Shown: positions 42,608-50,888 of the stretch, piece after piece | How positions within the stretch are numbered: position 1 is the first letter of the stretch | Layout: the number at the start of each line of letters is the position of its first letter | Assembly (NCBI GenBank): GCA_017558065.1 | Contig: JAFYWK010000008.1 | Span: forward strand, 22,899 to 86,898 | DNA: 64,000 nucleotides | From: Paludibacteraceae bacterium | GTDB lineage: Bacteria; Bacteroidota; Bacteroidia; Bacteroidales; Paludibacteraceae | Direction of reading: 5' to 3' | Notes under the pieces: model-generated | The model's input: the letters and a program-made list of their open reading frames with translations, nothing else | Database searches by the model: none | Told to the model about the DNA's origin: nothing | Program-made: the position numbers and the translations under genes

Positions 42608-44485
42608 ATGAATTTATCACCTCTCCTCATACTCACCCTGGTCATTGGCATCATTTGGTTTGTGCCTATCGTGTGTCGCAAGATTCACGTGCCAAGCATT
42701 GTGGGCTTTATCTTGGCGGGTATTGTGATAGGACCATCGGTACTGGGAGTCGCGGGGCAGACATCTATCTTCCAAATTCTCGGCTCGCTGGGCATGCTGT
42801 ATATCATGTTCCAATCAGGTAGCGAAATCGATATCAATGACTTCAAGCAATATAAGTATCGCTCTCTCTTCTTCGGACTGTGTACATTCTTCATTCCTTT
42901 TGGTTTGGGTCTTATTACCAGCCGCTTTCTCCTTCCTTTTGGTTGGCTGCCCAGTCTGTTATTAGGCGCCATGTATGGTAGTCACACGCTGATGACCTAT
43001 CCTATTGTCAGTCGTTATGGCGTGCAGAAGAATGTAGCAGTCAATATCACAGTGGGAGCCACTATGGTGGCTATCATCCTGTCTCTCATGGTGTTAGCCA
43101 TCGTAGAAGGTTGGAGCCGTTCGGTACAGAGCATCACGGAGTATGCGATACAATTGGCATTAGTGGTTGTATTCCTATTCAGCGTACTATGGCTCTTCCC
43201 ACGCTTTGCGCGCATGTTCTTCAAGCGCTATCGCGACCCTATCTCCGAGTTTATGGTCGTGATGCTAATGCTGGTCGGTAGCGCATTACTCGCTGACTTG
43301 GCTGGGCTTGAAGGCATCTTAGGTGCCTTCCTATGTGGTGTATCGCTCAATCGCTTGTTGCCTAACCGTTCGCCACTCATGAACCGTATCAATTTCGTAG
43401 GCAATAGTATCTTCGTGCCATTATTCCTCATCAGCGTGGGTTTGATGATTGATATTCATGCATTCTGGAGTAGCTGGACCACCGTGACAATAGCCATTGT
43501 CATGATCATCACCAAGTTGATTGGCAAGGGTCTCTCAGCGTGGATAGCGCAAGTCGTGTTCCGTTTCTCCAAACACGAACGACAACTCATCTTTGGTCTT
43601 ACTCATGCTACCGCTGCAGGTACCTTGGCTATCGTAACGATTGCCTACCAGATGGGCATCTTGTCTTCGGATGTGCTGAACGCTTCTGTCCTTATGATCT
43701 TGGTGCTATGCACGACTGCCAGTTTCATATCCGAACACGCCGCCAAGGAGTTGGCCTTGCAGGAGAGTGCCAAACTGGAATCCGACCACGAGGACGACTA
43801 CTGGCTCTTGACCTCCGTGGGCGATGACCTCCGCCCCGCTATGCGTGAGATAGGCGAGATGGCTTCGCTGGATAATATCGAAATCAAGCAGTCGGCAGAC
43901 TGGCAAGATGTATCCAATATGGTGGAACACACCAGTAAATCGGTTATCGTTTATCACGAATCCCAACCTATCAACACCATCAACCGCCTGGTGGTAGCCG
44001 TTCCACGCTATGCCGAGAAGGAGCGCGACTTCATCACCTGCTTTGGTCTGGTGCGCCGTTTGGCGGGCGAACTGGGTGCCAAAGTGGTGTTCTATGCTCA
44101 CCCCGATACGCAAGTAGCATTGCAAGCCATGTGCCGCCGCCCTGGCAAGTACCTACGCGCTTCGTTCCGCAACATGGACGGATGGGAAGAAGTCGGCATC
44201 ATCTCGCAAACGATAGTGGAAAACGATATGTTGGTACTGCTGTCTTCGCGCAAATCCACTGCCAGCTACAATCCACTCTTTGAGCGTATTCCTACCATGC
44301 TCACCGAGCATTTCACACACTTCAGTTCGATGGTCGTTTACCCAGAACAGCTCACTGGCGGACCCGATATGGACACGCTGCTCATGGAGATTCCACCAGC
44401 CAGCACTACTTGGTCTATCATCACGCGCGTTAAACGATTTTTGCGCAAGATATGGGAGGCGATAAGGTTGAAGGTGAAAGGTTAG
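42608..44485 (+). CDS. cation:proton antiporter (Kef/CPA2-type Na+/H+-exchanger family) with cytoplasmic C-terminal domain
   Basis: The start is moved to ATG 42608 (MNLSPLLILTLVIGIIWFVP...). About 12 TM segments with the GFILAGIVIGPSVLG motif. The last six codons and the stop are supplied by the heptamer array. Confidence 0.8.
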   Translation: MNLSPLLILTLVIGIIWFVPIVCRKIHVPSIVGFILAGIVIGPSVLGVAGQTSIFQILGSLGMLYIMFQSGSEIDINDFKQYKYRSLFFGLCTFFIPFGLGLITSRFLLPFGWLPSLLLGAMYGSHTLMTYPIVSRYGVQKNVAVNITVGATMVAIILSLMVLAIVEGWSRSVQSITEYAIQLALVVVFLFSVLWLFPRFARMFFKRYRDPISEFMVVMLMLVGSALLADLAGLEGILGAFLCGVSLNRLLPNRSPLMNRINFVGNSIFVPLFLISVGLMIDIHAFWSSWTTVTIAIVMIITKLIGKGLSAWIAQVVFRFSKHERQLIFGLTHATAAGTLAIVTIAYQMGILSSDVLNASVLMILVLCTTASFISEHAAKELALQESAKLESDHEDDYWLLTSVGDDLRPAMREIGEMASLDNIEIKQSADWQDVSNMVEHTSKSVIVYHESQPINTINRLVVAVPRYAEKERDFITCFGLVRRLAGELGAKVVFYAHPDTQVALQAMCRRPGKYLRASFRNMDGWEEVGIISQTIVENDMLVLLSSRKSTASYNPLFERIPTMLTEHFTHFSSMVVYPEQLTGGPDMDTLLMEIPPASTTWSIITRVKRFLRKIWEAIRLKVKG

Positions 44486-44535
44486 AGGTGAAAGGTTAGA
44501 GGTTAGAGGTGAAAGGTTAAAGGTTAGAGGCAGGA
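44466..44535. repeat. 10 x 7-bp tandem array, GGTKARA family
   Basis: GGTTGAA GGTGAAA GGTTAGA GGTGAAA GGTTAGA GGTTAGA GGTGAAA GGTTAAA GGTTAGA GGCAGGA. Spans the antiporter stop and nearly the whole spacer to the ATG at 44539. Confidence 0.95.
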
Positions 44536-44538
44536 GAT

Positions 44539-47136
44539 ATGTCATACTTACAACGATTAGCACAGGTTTTTGCCCATGAAGTGGGCGATGGATTATCGGA
44601 ATACACGTTTGTGTTTCCCAATCGCCGTGCGGGATTGTTTTTCCGTCGCTATTTAGGTCAGGCCTTGGATAAACCCATCTTCTCGCCCCGCGTGATGACA
44701 ATCAACGAGTGCTTTCGTTCCCTATCCAATCTGCGTGTGGCTGACCAACTGACACTGGTCATGCGTCTATACTCCCTGTATCGCGACCTGCGCCCTGACC
44801 CAGACCCATTGGAGCAGTTCTTGCATTGGGGCAAGATGATGTTGGCAGACTTCTCGGAGATAGACAACCACCTGGTTTCCAACGTGGAAGCCCTATACGA
44901 GGCCGTCAAAGACGTGCACGATATAGACGACCATTTCCTGTCGCTCACCGACACGCAGCGCAATGCTATCAAGAAGTTCTGGGGCGACTTTTATGCCGCC
45001 ATCGACAAGAACGACAACCAGTTGCACCACCGATTTATCCGCACATGGGAACTACTCTATCCGCTCTATCAAGGGCTACGCGATAGTCTCCTATCCGACC
45101 AACTGGCATACGAAGGTCTGCTCCATCGCCATGTGCTGGAGCATTGGCAGCAGATACCCGATAGCGCTTTTGAGCAGCACTATGTGTTTGTGGGCTTTAA
45201 TGCCCTCACCGAGTCGGAGCGCCAGTTGCTGATTCATCTGCGCGACCGCGGTTGTGCCGACTTCTATTTCGACTACGAGGACGCCTATCTCTCCGACCCA
45301 GAGAACCGCGCTTCGCTTTTCCGCGAAGACAACCTGCGCACTTTCCCATCGCGCTACACAGTGCCTGAGCGCACCAGTACCGAACGTCCGACCATCACTC
45401 TGCTATCGGTGGATTCCACGGTGGGCGAGGCACGCGAGGTGTATCATGTATTGAACGAGCTCTACCCCAAAGACACGCCACTGACTACCGACTATACGCG
45501 CACGGCAGTCGTGCTGCCCGATGAACAGCTGCTTATCCCGCTACTCGACTGTTTCCCAGCGGGGGTGCAGAAGATCAATGTCACCATGGGTTACCCGCTA
45601 CGCGCTTCGGAATTGTATATGCCCATTGCCTACCCAGAGCAATACTTCTCACCCATGCCTGCAACGGGTGCGGAGATGACTGTCGTCCTGCGCCAACGCC
45701 TCAGCGACATGCGCACGCCTGCCAACAGCGAAGCCTACTACCTGCTTACCAAGGCGTTGGATATGGTGGAGAGTGCACTGGTGCAATATCCTCAGATCCC
45801 TATCTCTGCCGAGGCGGTCATGCAAGTACTGCGTATGCTGACCATGCAGAGCACTATCCCCTACACAGGCGAACCGCTGGACGGCTTGCAGGTCATGGGT
45901 GTGCTGGAGACACGCGCATTGGACTTCGACAACCTCATCATCACGGGCTTCAACGACGATCTCTACCCCGGTCGCGCGCACAATAATAGTTTTATACCCT
46001 ATATCCTCCGCCGCGGGTTTGGACTACCTACCCCCGAGAGGCAGGATGCTATTTTTGCTTATAATTTCTACCGCATGCTGTCATACGCCAAGCGCGTATG
46101 GTTCATCACCAATGCGGTAGCCGATGACCAACACTCAGGCGAAGTGTCGCGCTATTTCTATCAACTGCAATGGCAATACGGCGTGAATATCCAGCAAGTG
46201 AATGTCATCAATGCCCTCTCTTCCCCCGCACCCAAAGCCAGCGATATCTGCAAAGATGAGGCGGTGCTACAACTGCTCTCCGAGGCGCAGCAGCGGGGCT
46301 TCTCCGCTTCGGCGATGAATGCCTATCTCTTCTGCCAAAAGAAGTTCTTCTATCGCTATGTGCTGGGTATTCACGAACCCGAGCAAGAGGAGGACGTTGT
46401 CACCTCCGAAGCTACACAGGGTACCGTGCTACACGCTATCATACAGCAGCTATACAAGCCCTATATCAACCGCACCGTCACTCCAGCCGATATTCAGTCT
46501 ATCTTGGACTCACTCACGGAGGAGCGCTGGGATCAGTTGCCTATCGATGCTATCCGCACCGACCTATTGGCGACCCTCATTGTCAAGAATTATGTGCGCT
46601 ATATATTGCTCTACGACCAACAACAGGCGCCTTTCACCTATCTCAATGGCGAACAAAAAGTGCGCCATACGCTATCCGTGCCTAAGGTAGGCGATGTGCT
46701 TTTCTATGGCTATATTGACCGCCTTGACAGACAGGGCGACACACTGCGGGTGATTGATTACAAGACGGGTAAAGCCCAAATGGAGTACCGCGATATGGAG
46801 CATATCTTCGACCGTTCAGAGAATCAGGACAAGGCACTCCAGACCATGCTCTATTGCTACTTATTGGAGCACCATGCCCCACAACTGCTGCGTAGCGCAT
46901 CGTATCTCGCACCGCATATCTATCCTGTACGCCAGATGGCGAAGACAGACGAAGTGCAGACACTTGTCCATCAGAAGGGAAATACTTGTTTTGTTTGGAA
47001 CGAAGAGATGAAGCATGCGTTCATCGAGGGATTGACCACCCTCCTTCAAGAGATGTTTGACCCTGCCTTGCCGTTTGCTCCGACCACTGTCGGCAAACGC
47101 TGCGAGCACTGCGCCTTTGCCTCGCTGTGTAAATAA
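44539..47136 (+). CDS. PD-(D/E)XK nuclease family protein, AddB-like (inactive helicase-like N-terminus, Fe-S/Cas4-type nuclease C-terminus)
   Basis: 865-aa ORF. C-terminal motif GYIDRLDRQGDTLRVIDYKTGK (D...D/ExK). Cysteines FCQKKF...CEHCAFASLC match the AddB/Cas4 4Fe-4S pattern. No Walker A motif seen. Confidence 0.7.
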   Translation: MSYLQRLAQVFAHEVGDGLSEYTFVFPNRRAGLFFRRYLGQALDKPIFSPRVMTINECFRSLSNLRVADQLTLVMRLYSLYRDLRPDPDPLEQFLHWGKMMLADFSEIDNHLVSNVEALYEAVKDVHDIDDHFLSLTDTQRNAIKKFWGDFYAAIDKNDNQLHHRFIRTWELLYPLYQGLRDSLLSDQLAYEGLLHRHVLEHWQQIPDSAFEQHYVFVGFNALTESERQLLIHLRDRGCADFYFDYEDAYLSDPENRASLFREDNLRTFPSRYTVPERTSTERPTITLLSVDSTVGEAREVYHVLNELYPKDTPLTTDYTRTAVVLPDEQLLIPLLDCFPAGVQKINVTMGYPLRASELYMPIAYPEQYFSPMPATGAEMTVVLRQRLSDMRTPANSEAYYLLTKALDMVESALVQYPQIPISAEAVMQVLRMLTMQSTIPYTGEPLDGLQVMGVLETRALDFDNLIITGFNDDLYPGRAHNNSFIPYILRRGFGLPTPERQDAIFAYNFYRMLSYAKRVWFITNAVADDQHSGEVSRYFYQLQWQYGVNIQQVNVINALSSPAPKASDICKDEAVLQLLSEAQQRGFSASAMNAYLFCQKKFFYRYVLGIHEPEQEEDVVTSEATQGTVLHAIIQQLYKPYINRTVTPADIQSILDSLTEERWDQLPIDAIRTDLLATLIVKNYVRYILLYDQQQAPFTYLNGEQKVRHTLSVPKVGDVLFYGYIDRLDRQGDTLRVIDYKTGKAQMEYRDMEHIFDRSENQDKALQTMLYCYLLEHHAPQLLRSASYLAPHIYPVRQMAKTDEVQTLVHQKGNTCFVWNEEMKHAFIEGLTTLLQEMFDPALPFAPTTVGKRCEHCAFASLCK

Positions 47137-47178
47137 TCAATACCCAATATCCAATATCCAATATCCAATACCCAATAC
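47137..47178. repeat. 6 x 7-bp tandem array (TCAATAC CCAATAT CCAATAT CCAATAT CCAATAC CCAATAC)
   Basis: Occupies exactly the 42-nt spacer between the convergent stops of the nuclease (47136) and uvrB (47179). Confidence 0.95.
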
Positions 47179-49194
47179 CTACTCCATCGCCTGCAACTTA
47201 TCCTCCATTTGCAGCAGTTCATCGCGCAGGCGTGCTGCCACATCAAAGTTGAGGTCTTTCGCTGCTGCCAACATTGCTTTGCGTTGTTTATCAATCGCCT
47301 TGCGTAGGTCTTTGGCGTTGTATTGCTGCCATGCGGCAGTCTTCCAGCCCTCCTGAATCTTCTTCTCCAGCACCTGTTGTTCCTCTTGCTCTTTGCGCAT
47401 GAGGGCTATCAGCGGACTGGATTCAATCTTCTTATTGAGTGCCGTAGGGGTGATGTTATTCGCTTCGTTGTATGCCATCTGTTTGGCACGGCGACGGTTG
47501 GTCTCGTCGATTGTCATTTGCATGGAACGCGTGATACGGTCGGCGTACATGATCACATGTCCATTCACATGGCGCGCAGCACGACCTGCGGTCTGTGTCA
47601 GCGAACGGTGGTCGCGCAAGAAGCCCTCTTTGTCGGCATCCAGAATAGCCACCAGCGACACTTCGGGCAAGTCCAATCCCTCGCGCAGGAGGTTCACACC
47701 CACCAGCACATCGTATAGTCCGCGCCGTAGGTCTTCCATGATCTGCACACGCTCCAGCGTATCAATATCCGAGTGTATATACGCCGAACGCACGCCGTAG
47801 CGGCGTAGGTATTCGTCCATCTCTTCCGCCATGCGTTTGGTGAGCGTAGTCACCAGCACGCGCTCCTCACGCTCCACACGCTGGCGTATCTCCTCCATCA
47901 GGTCATCCACCTGATGATCCAATGGGCGCACTTCTATCTCGGGGTCCAGCAGACCTGTAGGACGAATCAATTGGTCTATTACCACTCCCTCCGAACGCTT
48001 CAGCTCGTAGTCCGCAGGCGTAGCCGATACGTAGATGGTCTGACCTGTTTTTTGCTCAAACTCATCGAAGGTCAATGGGCGGTTGTCGCGCGCCGCAGGC
48101 AGGCGGAAGCCATATTGCACGAGGTTGTCTTTGCGCGCTTTATCGCCACCGAACATGGCATGAATCTGCGGCACAGTAACGTGGCTCTCGTCTATCACCA
48201 GCAGCATATCCTTGGGGAAATAATCCAGCAAGCAGTACGGCGGTGTACCCGCCTCACGGCCATCAAAATAGCGGCTATAGTTCTCTATGCCTGAGCAGTA
48301 GCCCAACTCCTGAATCATCTCCAAATCGTATTTCACGCGCTCCTCTATGCGTTTGGCATAGAGCGGTTCGCCTATCTCCTGGAAATGCATCACCTGATTA
48401 GCCAAATCCAATTTGATTTGTGCCATAGCCGTTGCCACCTTGTCGGGATTGGTGCAGAAGATCGTAGCGGGGTAGATATTATAGGTATCAAACTCATCTA
48501 TCACGTCCAGCGTCACCATATCCAGCGTGGTGATGGCATCTATCTCGTTGCCAAAGAACTCGATGCGCAATACATAATCGGCGTATGCGAGGGCTATATC
48601 CACCGTGTCGCCCTTCACGCGGAAGCGACCGCGTGTGAGTTCATTGTCGTTGCGCACATACTGCGATTCTACCAGGGCATGCAGCAATGCCTCCAGTTTG
48701 AAGGGTTTGTACTTCTCCACCGTAATACACGACTGGCTAAAGTCCTGCGGGTTGCCAATACCGTATAGGCAACTCACCGACGACACCACCACCACATCCT
48801 TCCGTCCGCTCAATAGTGCCGCTATCGCGCTCAATCGCAGTCGGTCGATCTCCTCGTTGATAGAGAGGTCTTTTTCGATATACGTGTCTGTAGAGGGGAT
48901 ATATGCCTCGGGTTGGTAGTAGTCGTAGTAGGAAACGAAGTATTCCACCGCATTGTGTGGAAAGAACTGTCGCATCTCGCTGTATAGCTGTGCAGCGAGG
49001 GTCTTGTTGTGGCTGAGAATCAGGGTTGGGCGATTCGCTTGGGCAATCACATTGGCTATTGTGAAGGTCTTACCCGAACCTGTCACGCCGAGTAGCGTCT
49101 GTGCTTCTGCTCCCATACGCAGACCGTCCGCCAGTTGGCGGATTGCTTCGGGCTGATCACCCATGGGCTGGTATGTAGAACTAAGGCGGTACAT
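47179..49194 (-). CDS. uvrB: excinuclease ABC subunit B
   Basis: 671-aa ORF. YQPMGDQPEAI, Walker A GVTGSGKTFT, DESH box (VIDESHVT), and a C-terminal UVR motif AAKDLNFDVAARLRDEL. Confidence 0.95.
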   Translation of the reverse strand: MYRLSSTYQPMGDQPEAIRQLADGLRMGAEAQTLLGVTGSGKTFTIANVIAQANRPTLILSHNKTLAAQLYSEMRQFFPHNAVEYFVSYYDYYQPEAYIPSTDTYIEKDLSINEEIDRLRLSAIAALLSGRKDVVVVSSVSCLYGIGNPQDFSQSCITVEKYKPFKLEALLHALVESQYVRNDNELTRGRFRVKGDTVDIALAYADYVLRIEFFGNEIDAITTLDMVTLDVIDEFDTYNIYPATIFCTNPDKVATAMAQIKLDLANQVMHFQEIGEPLYAKRIEERVKYDLEMIQELGYCSGIENYSRYFDGREAGTPPYCLLDYFPKDMLLVIDESHVTVPQIHAMFGGDKARKDNLVQYGFRLPAARDNRPLTFDEFEQKTGQTIYVSATPADYELKRSEGVVIDQLIRPTGLLDPEIEVRPLDHQVDDLMEEIRQRVEREERVLVTTLTKRMAEEMDEYLRRYGVRSAYIHSDIDTLERVQIMEDLRRGLYDVLVGVNLLREGLDLPEVSLVAILDADKEGFLRDHRSLTQTAGRAARHVNGHVIMYADRITRSMQMTIDETNRRRAKQMAYNEANNITPTALNKKIESSPLIALMRKEQEEQQVLEKKIQEGWKTAAWQQYNAKDLRKAIDKQRKAMLAAAKDLNFDVAARLRDELLQMEDKLQAME

Positions 49195-49198
49195 ATTC

Positions 49199-49233
49199 TA
49201 AGCCTTTAACCTTTAAGCTTTAACCTCTAACCT
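49199..49233. repeat. 5 x 7-bp tandem array, reverse complement of the GGTKARA family
   Basis: TAAGCCT TTAACCT TTAAGCT TTAACCT CTAACCT. Makes up nearly all of the spacer between the mltG stop (49233-35) and the uvrB ATG (49194). Confidence 0.9.
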
Positions 49234-50270
49234 CACTTCACCCTTCGCGTATTCAACTCCCTCTGGTATTGCCTTGCCACTGCGCTATGTTTGCTGTAGC
49301 TGGAGGAGAACACGTGTGTGCCTGAGAAATCGGGGTTGGCGCACATGTATAGGTAATTCGTCTTGGGTGCATTCAGCACGGCATCTATCACATCGGGGCG
49401 AACCAAACGGATTGGTCCTGGGGGTAAACCGCGCTGGGTGTAGGTATTGTAGGGCGAATCTATTTTCAGGTGGCGTTTCAGCACGCGGCGCATTTTGAAG
49501 TCGCCTACTGCAAAGATCACCGTTGGGCAGGCCTGCAACGCAATACCCTTGCGCAGACGGTTCAGGTAGAGCGAAGCGATGGTAGGATGTTCATCTTTTC
49601 TGTTGGTTTCCGATGCTACGATAGATGCCAGTGTAGCCACTTCTGTAGGGGTCAGCCCCAATTTCTTGGCTTTGGCAAGACGCTCTTCGTTCCAGAATCG
49701 CTGATATTCCTTGTGCATACGCGCAAAGAGTTGGTCAGCGGTCATGCTCCAATAGACCTCGTAGGTGTTAGGAATAAACAGACAAACGGCAGTCTCAGGT
49801 GTTAATCCAAAATGTGCCAGATAGTCCTTATCGTCCAATCTATTCTTCACTTCCACGGAATCCAACATCAGTCTGTCTCCCATGAAACCAGCCAACTGCT
49901 CAGGCGTGCGAATGGCTTGCGTGAAAGATAATTTGATAGGTGTCTCTTCGCCTAATTGCAATCGGCGTACCAGTTCGCGGTTGCCTATCTCGTTGGCAAA
50001 ACGATAGTGACCGGGCTTAGGTTGCTGAAAATGCAGATATTTGCACTGCAAGCACCATGCGAGTTGCGATGTCATTTCATAATCGCCCAACATCTCTGCC
50101 ATCAGCGAATCGGCTGTCATGTCGGGATAGACATGGTAGCTATGTGCTTCGCCATCGTGGCTAACGAAGTTAGAGATGGCATAATGATAATATTGTTTTG
50201 CGAAAAAACCGACTATAACCAACAAGACAGAGGTTATGGCGGCGATGATGATGATATTTCTTCTTTTCAT
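49233..50270 (-). CDS. mltG: endolytic murein transglycosylase MltG (YceG-like)
   Basis: The start is set at ATG 50270 (MKRRNIIIIAAITSVLLVIVGFF, TM anchor), because the longer track ORF (to 50408) overlaps the tRNA. YceG motif YNTYTQRGLPPGPI. Confidence 0.85.
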   Translation of the reverse strand: MKRRNIIIIAAITSVLLVIVGFFAKQYYHYAISNFVSHDGEAHSYHVYPDMTADSLMAEMLGDYEMTSQLAWCLQCKYLHFQQPKPGHYRFANEIGNRELVRRLQLGEETPIKLSFTQAIRTPEQLAGFMGDRLMLDSVEVKNRLDDKDYLAHFGLTPETAVCLFIPNTYEVYWSMTADQLFARMHKEYQRFWNEERLAKAKKLGLTPTEVATLASIVASETNRKDEHPTIASLYLNRLRKGIALQACPTVIFAVGDFKMRRVLKRHLKIDSPYNTYTQRGLPPGPIRLVRPDVIDAVLNAPKTNYLYMCANPDFSGTHVFSSSYSKHSAVARQYQRELNTRRVK

Positions 50271-50287
50271 AATCAAGTTGTTTTTAC

Positions 50288-50331
50288 AAAAAAAATCCAT
50301 GTGCCTTCGTTCATATGGCCCATGGATTTTT
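50288..50331 (-). terminator. strong hairpin terminator immediately 3' of tRNA-Ser
   Basis: Perfect 11-bp stem AAAAATCCATG/CATGGATTTTT (50291-50301 and 50321-50331) with a 19-nt loop. T-run on the minus strand. Ends about 14 nt before the mltG ATG. Confidence 0.7.
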
Positions 50332-50335
50332 GTTG

Positions 50336-50422
50336 CGGAAGGGACGAGATTCGAACTCGTGGTACGGTTACCCGTACGACAGTTTAGCAAACTGTTGGTT
50401 TCAGCCACTCACCCACCCTTCC
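50336..50422 (-). tRNA. tRNA-Ser (anticodon GCT)
   Basis: The minus strand reads GGAAGGG-TG-GGT-GAGTGGCTGAA-ACC-A-ACAGT-TTGCTAA-ACTGT-[CGTACGGGTAACCGTACC]-ACGAG-TTCGAAT-CTCGT-CCCTTCC-G. It has a 7-bp acceptor stem, a long variable arm, a TTCGAAT T-loop and discriminator G. CCA is not encoded. Confidence 0.93.
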
Positions 50423-50482
50423 CCACGCCGTAGCGTGCTTGGACATGTTATGTCTGAAATGCTTTTTTTTCGAAAGCGGCTG

Positions 50483-50490
50483 CAAAGGTA
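50483..50490 (-). promoter_or_regulatory. candidate -7 box (TACCTTTG) for tRNA-Ser
   Basis: Plus-strand caaaggta, 61 nt upstream of the tRNA 5' end. Confidence 0.45.
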
Positions 50491-50663
50491 CTACAAAAAA
50501 TGCAAATACGCAAATTTTTTTAGAAAAAAATGCATTTTTGGATAAAAAAAGTGCACATGGGCTGCATTTCACTCGTTTCTTCGCATACCACTCGGTTTGT
50601 CACCTTGTCGCTTTGTCACCCTACGAAAAATTTTTGTTGTTTTTTTTACTGGCTATTATTCTG

Positions 50664-50699
50664 CCAAAAACACCATGCCCAGTCCACGAGGAACTGGGC
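50664..50699 (-). terminator. probable terminator of the dextran-type PUL transcript
   Basis: Stem GCCCAGT/ACTGGGC (50677-83 and 50693-99) with a 9-nt loop. On the minus strand it is followed by catggtgTTTTTgg. Confidence 0.55.
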
Positions 50700-50725
50700 A
50701 AAGGGCATTACTACTTTTGATATTG

Positions 50726-50866
50726 TTAATCGCCTGTTTCTCCTGTAGGAATATACCCTGTAGAAACCGAGATGCGTGTATTTCTATCACCTGAACCTGC
50801 ACAAATCGCTTGCATGGATTCACAGGTAACGGCAGTTGATTGCGGTTGAATATATTGCTTTTTCAT
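50726..50866 (-). CDS. candidate small ORF (46 aa), unknown function
   Basis: Below the track cutoff. ATG at 50866-64, TAA at 50728-26, peptide MKKQYIQPQSTAVTCESMQAICAGSGDRNTRISVSTGYIPTGETGD. Starts 22 nt after the stop of the 807-aa gene and ends 27 nt before the terminator hairpin. Confidence 0.3.
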   Translation of the reverse strand: MKKQYIQPQSTAVTCESMQAICAGSGDRNTRISVSTGYIPTGETGD

Positions 50867-50888
50867 ATAATCGAAATTTTATATAGTC

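Noticed and set aside
44466-44535. Possibility that the tandem arrays are CRISPR arrays or transposon ends
   Set aside because: Units are 7-11 nt and directly abutting, with no unique spacers. There are no cas, transposase or integrase genes in the window and no target-site duplications.
49233-50408. 391-aa version of the mltG ORF
   Set aside because: The N-terminal 46 codons run through tRNA-Ser (50336..50422) and its terminator. The internal ATG at 50270 gives a normal membrane-anchored MltG N-terminus.
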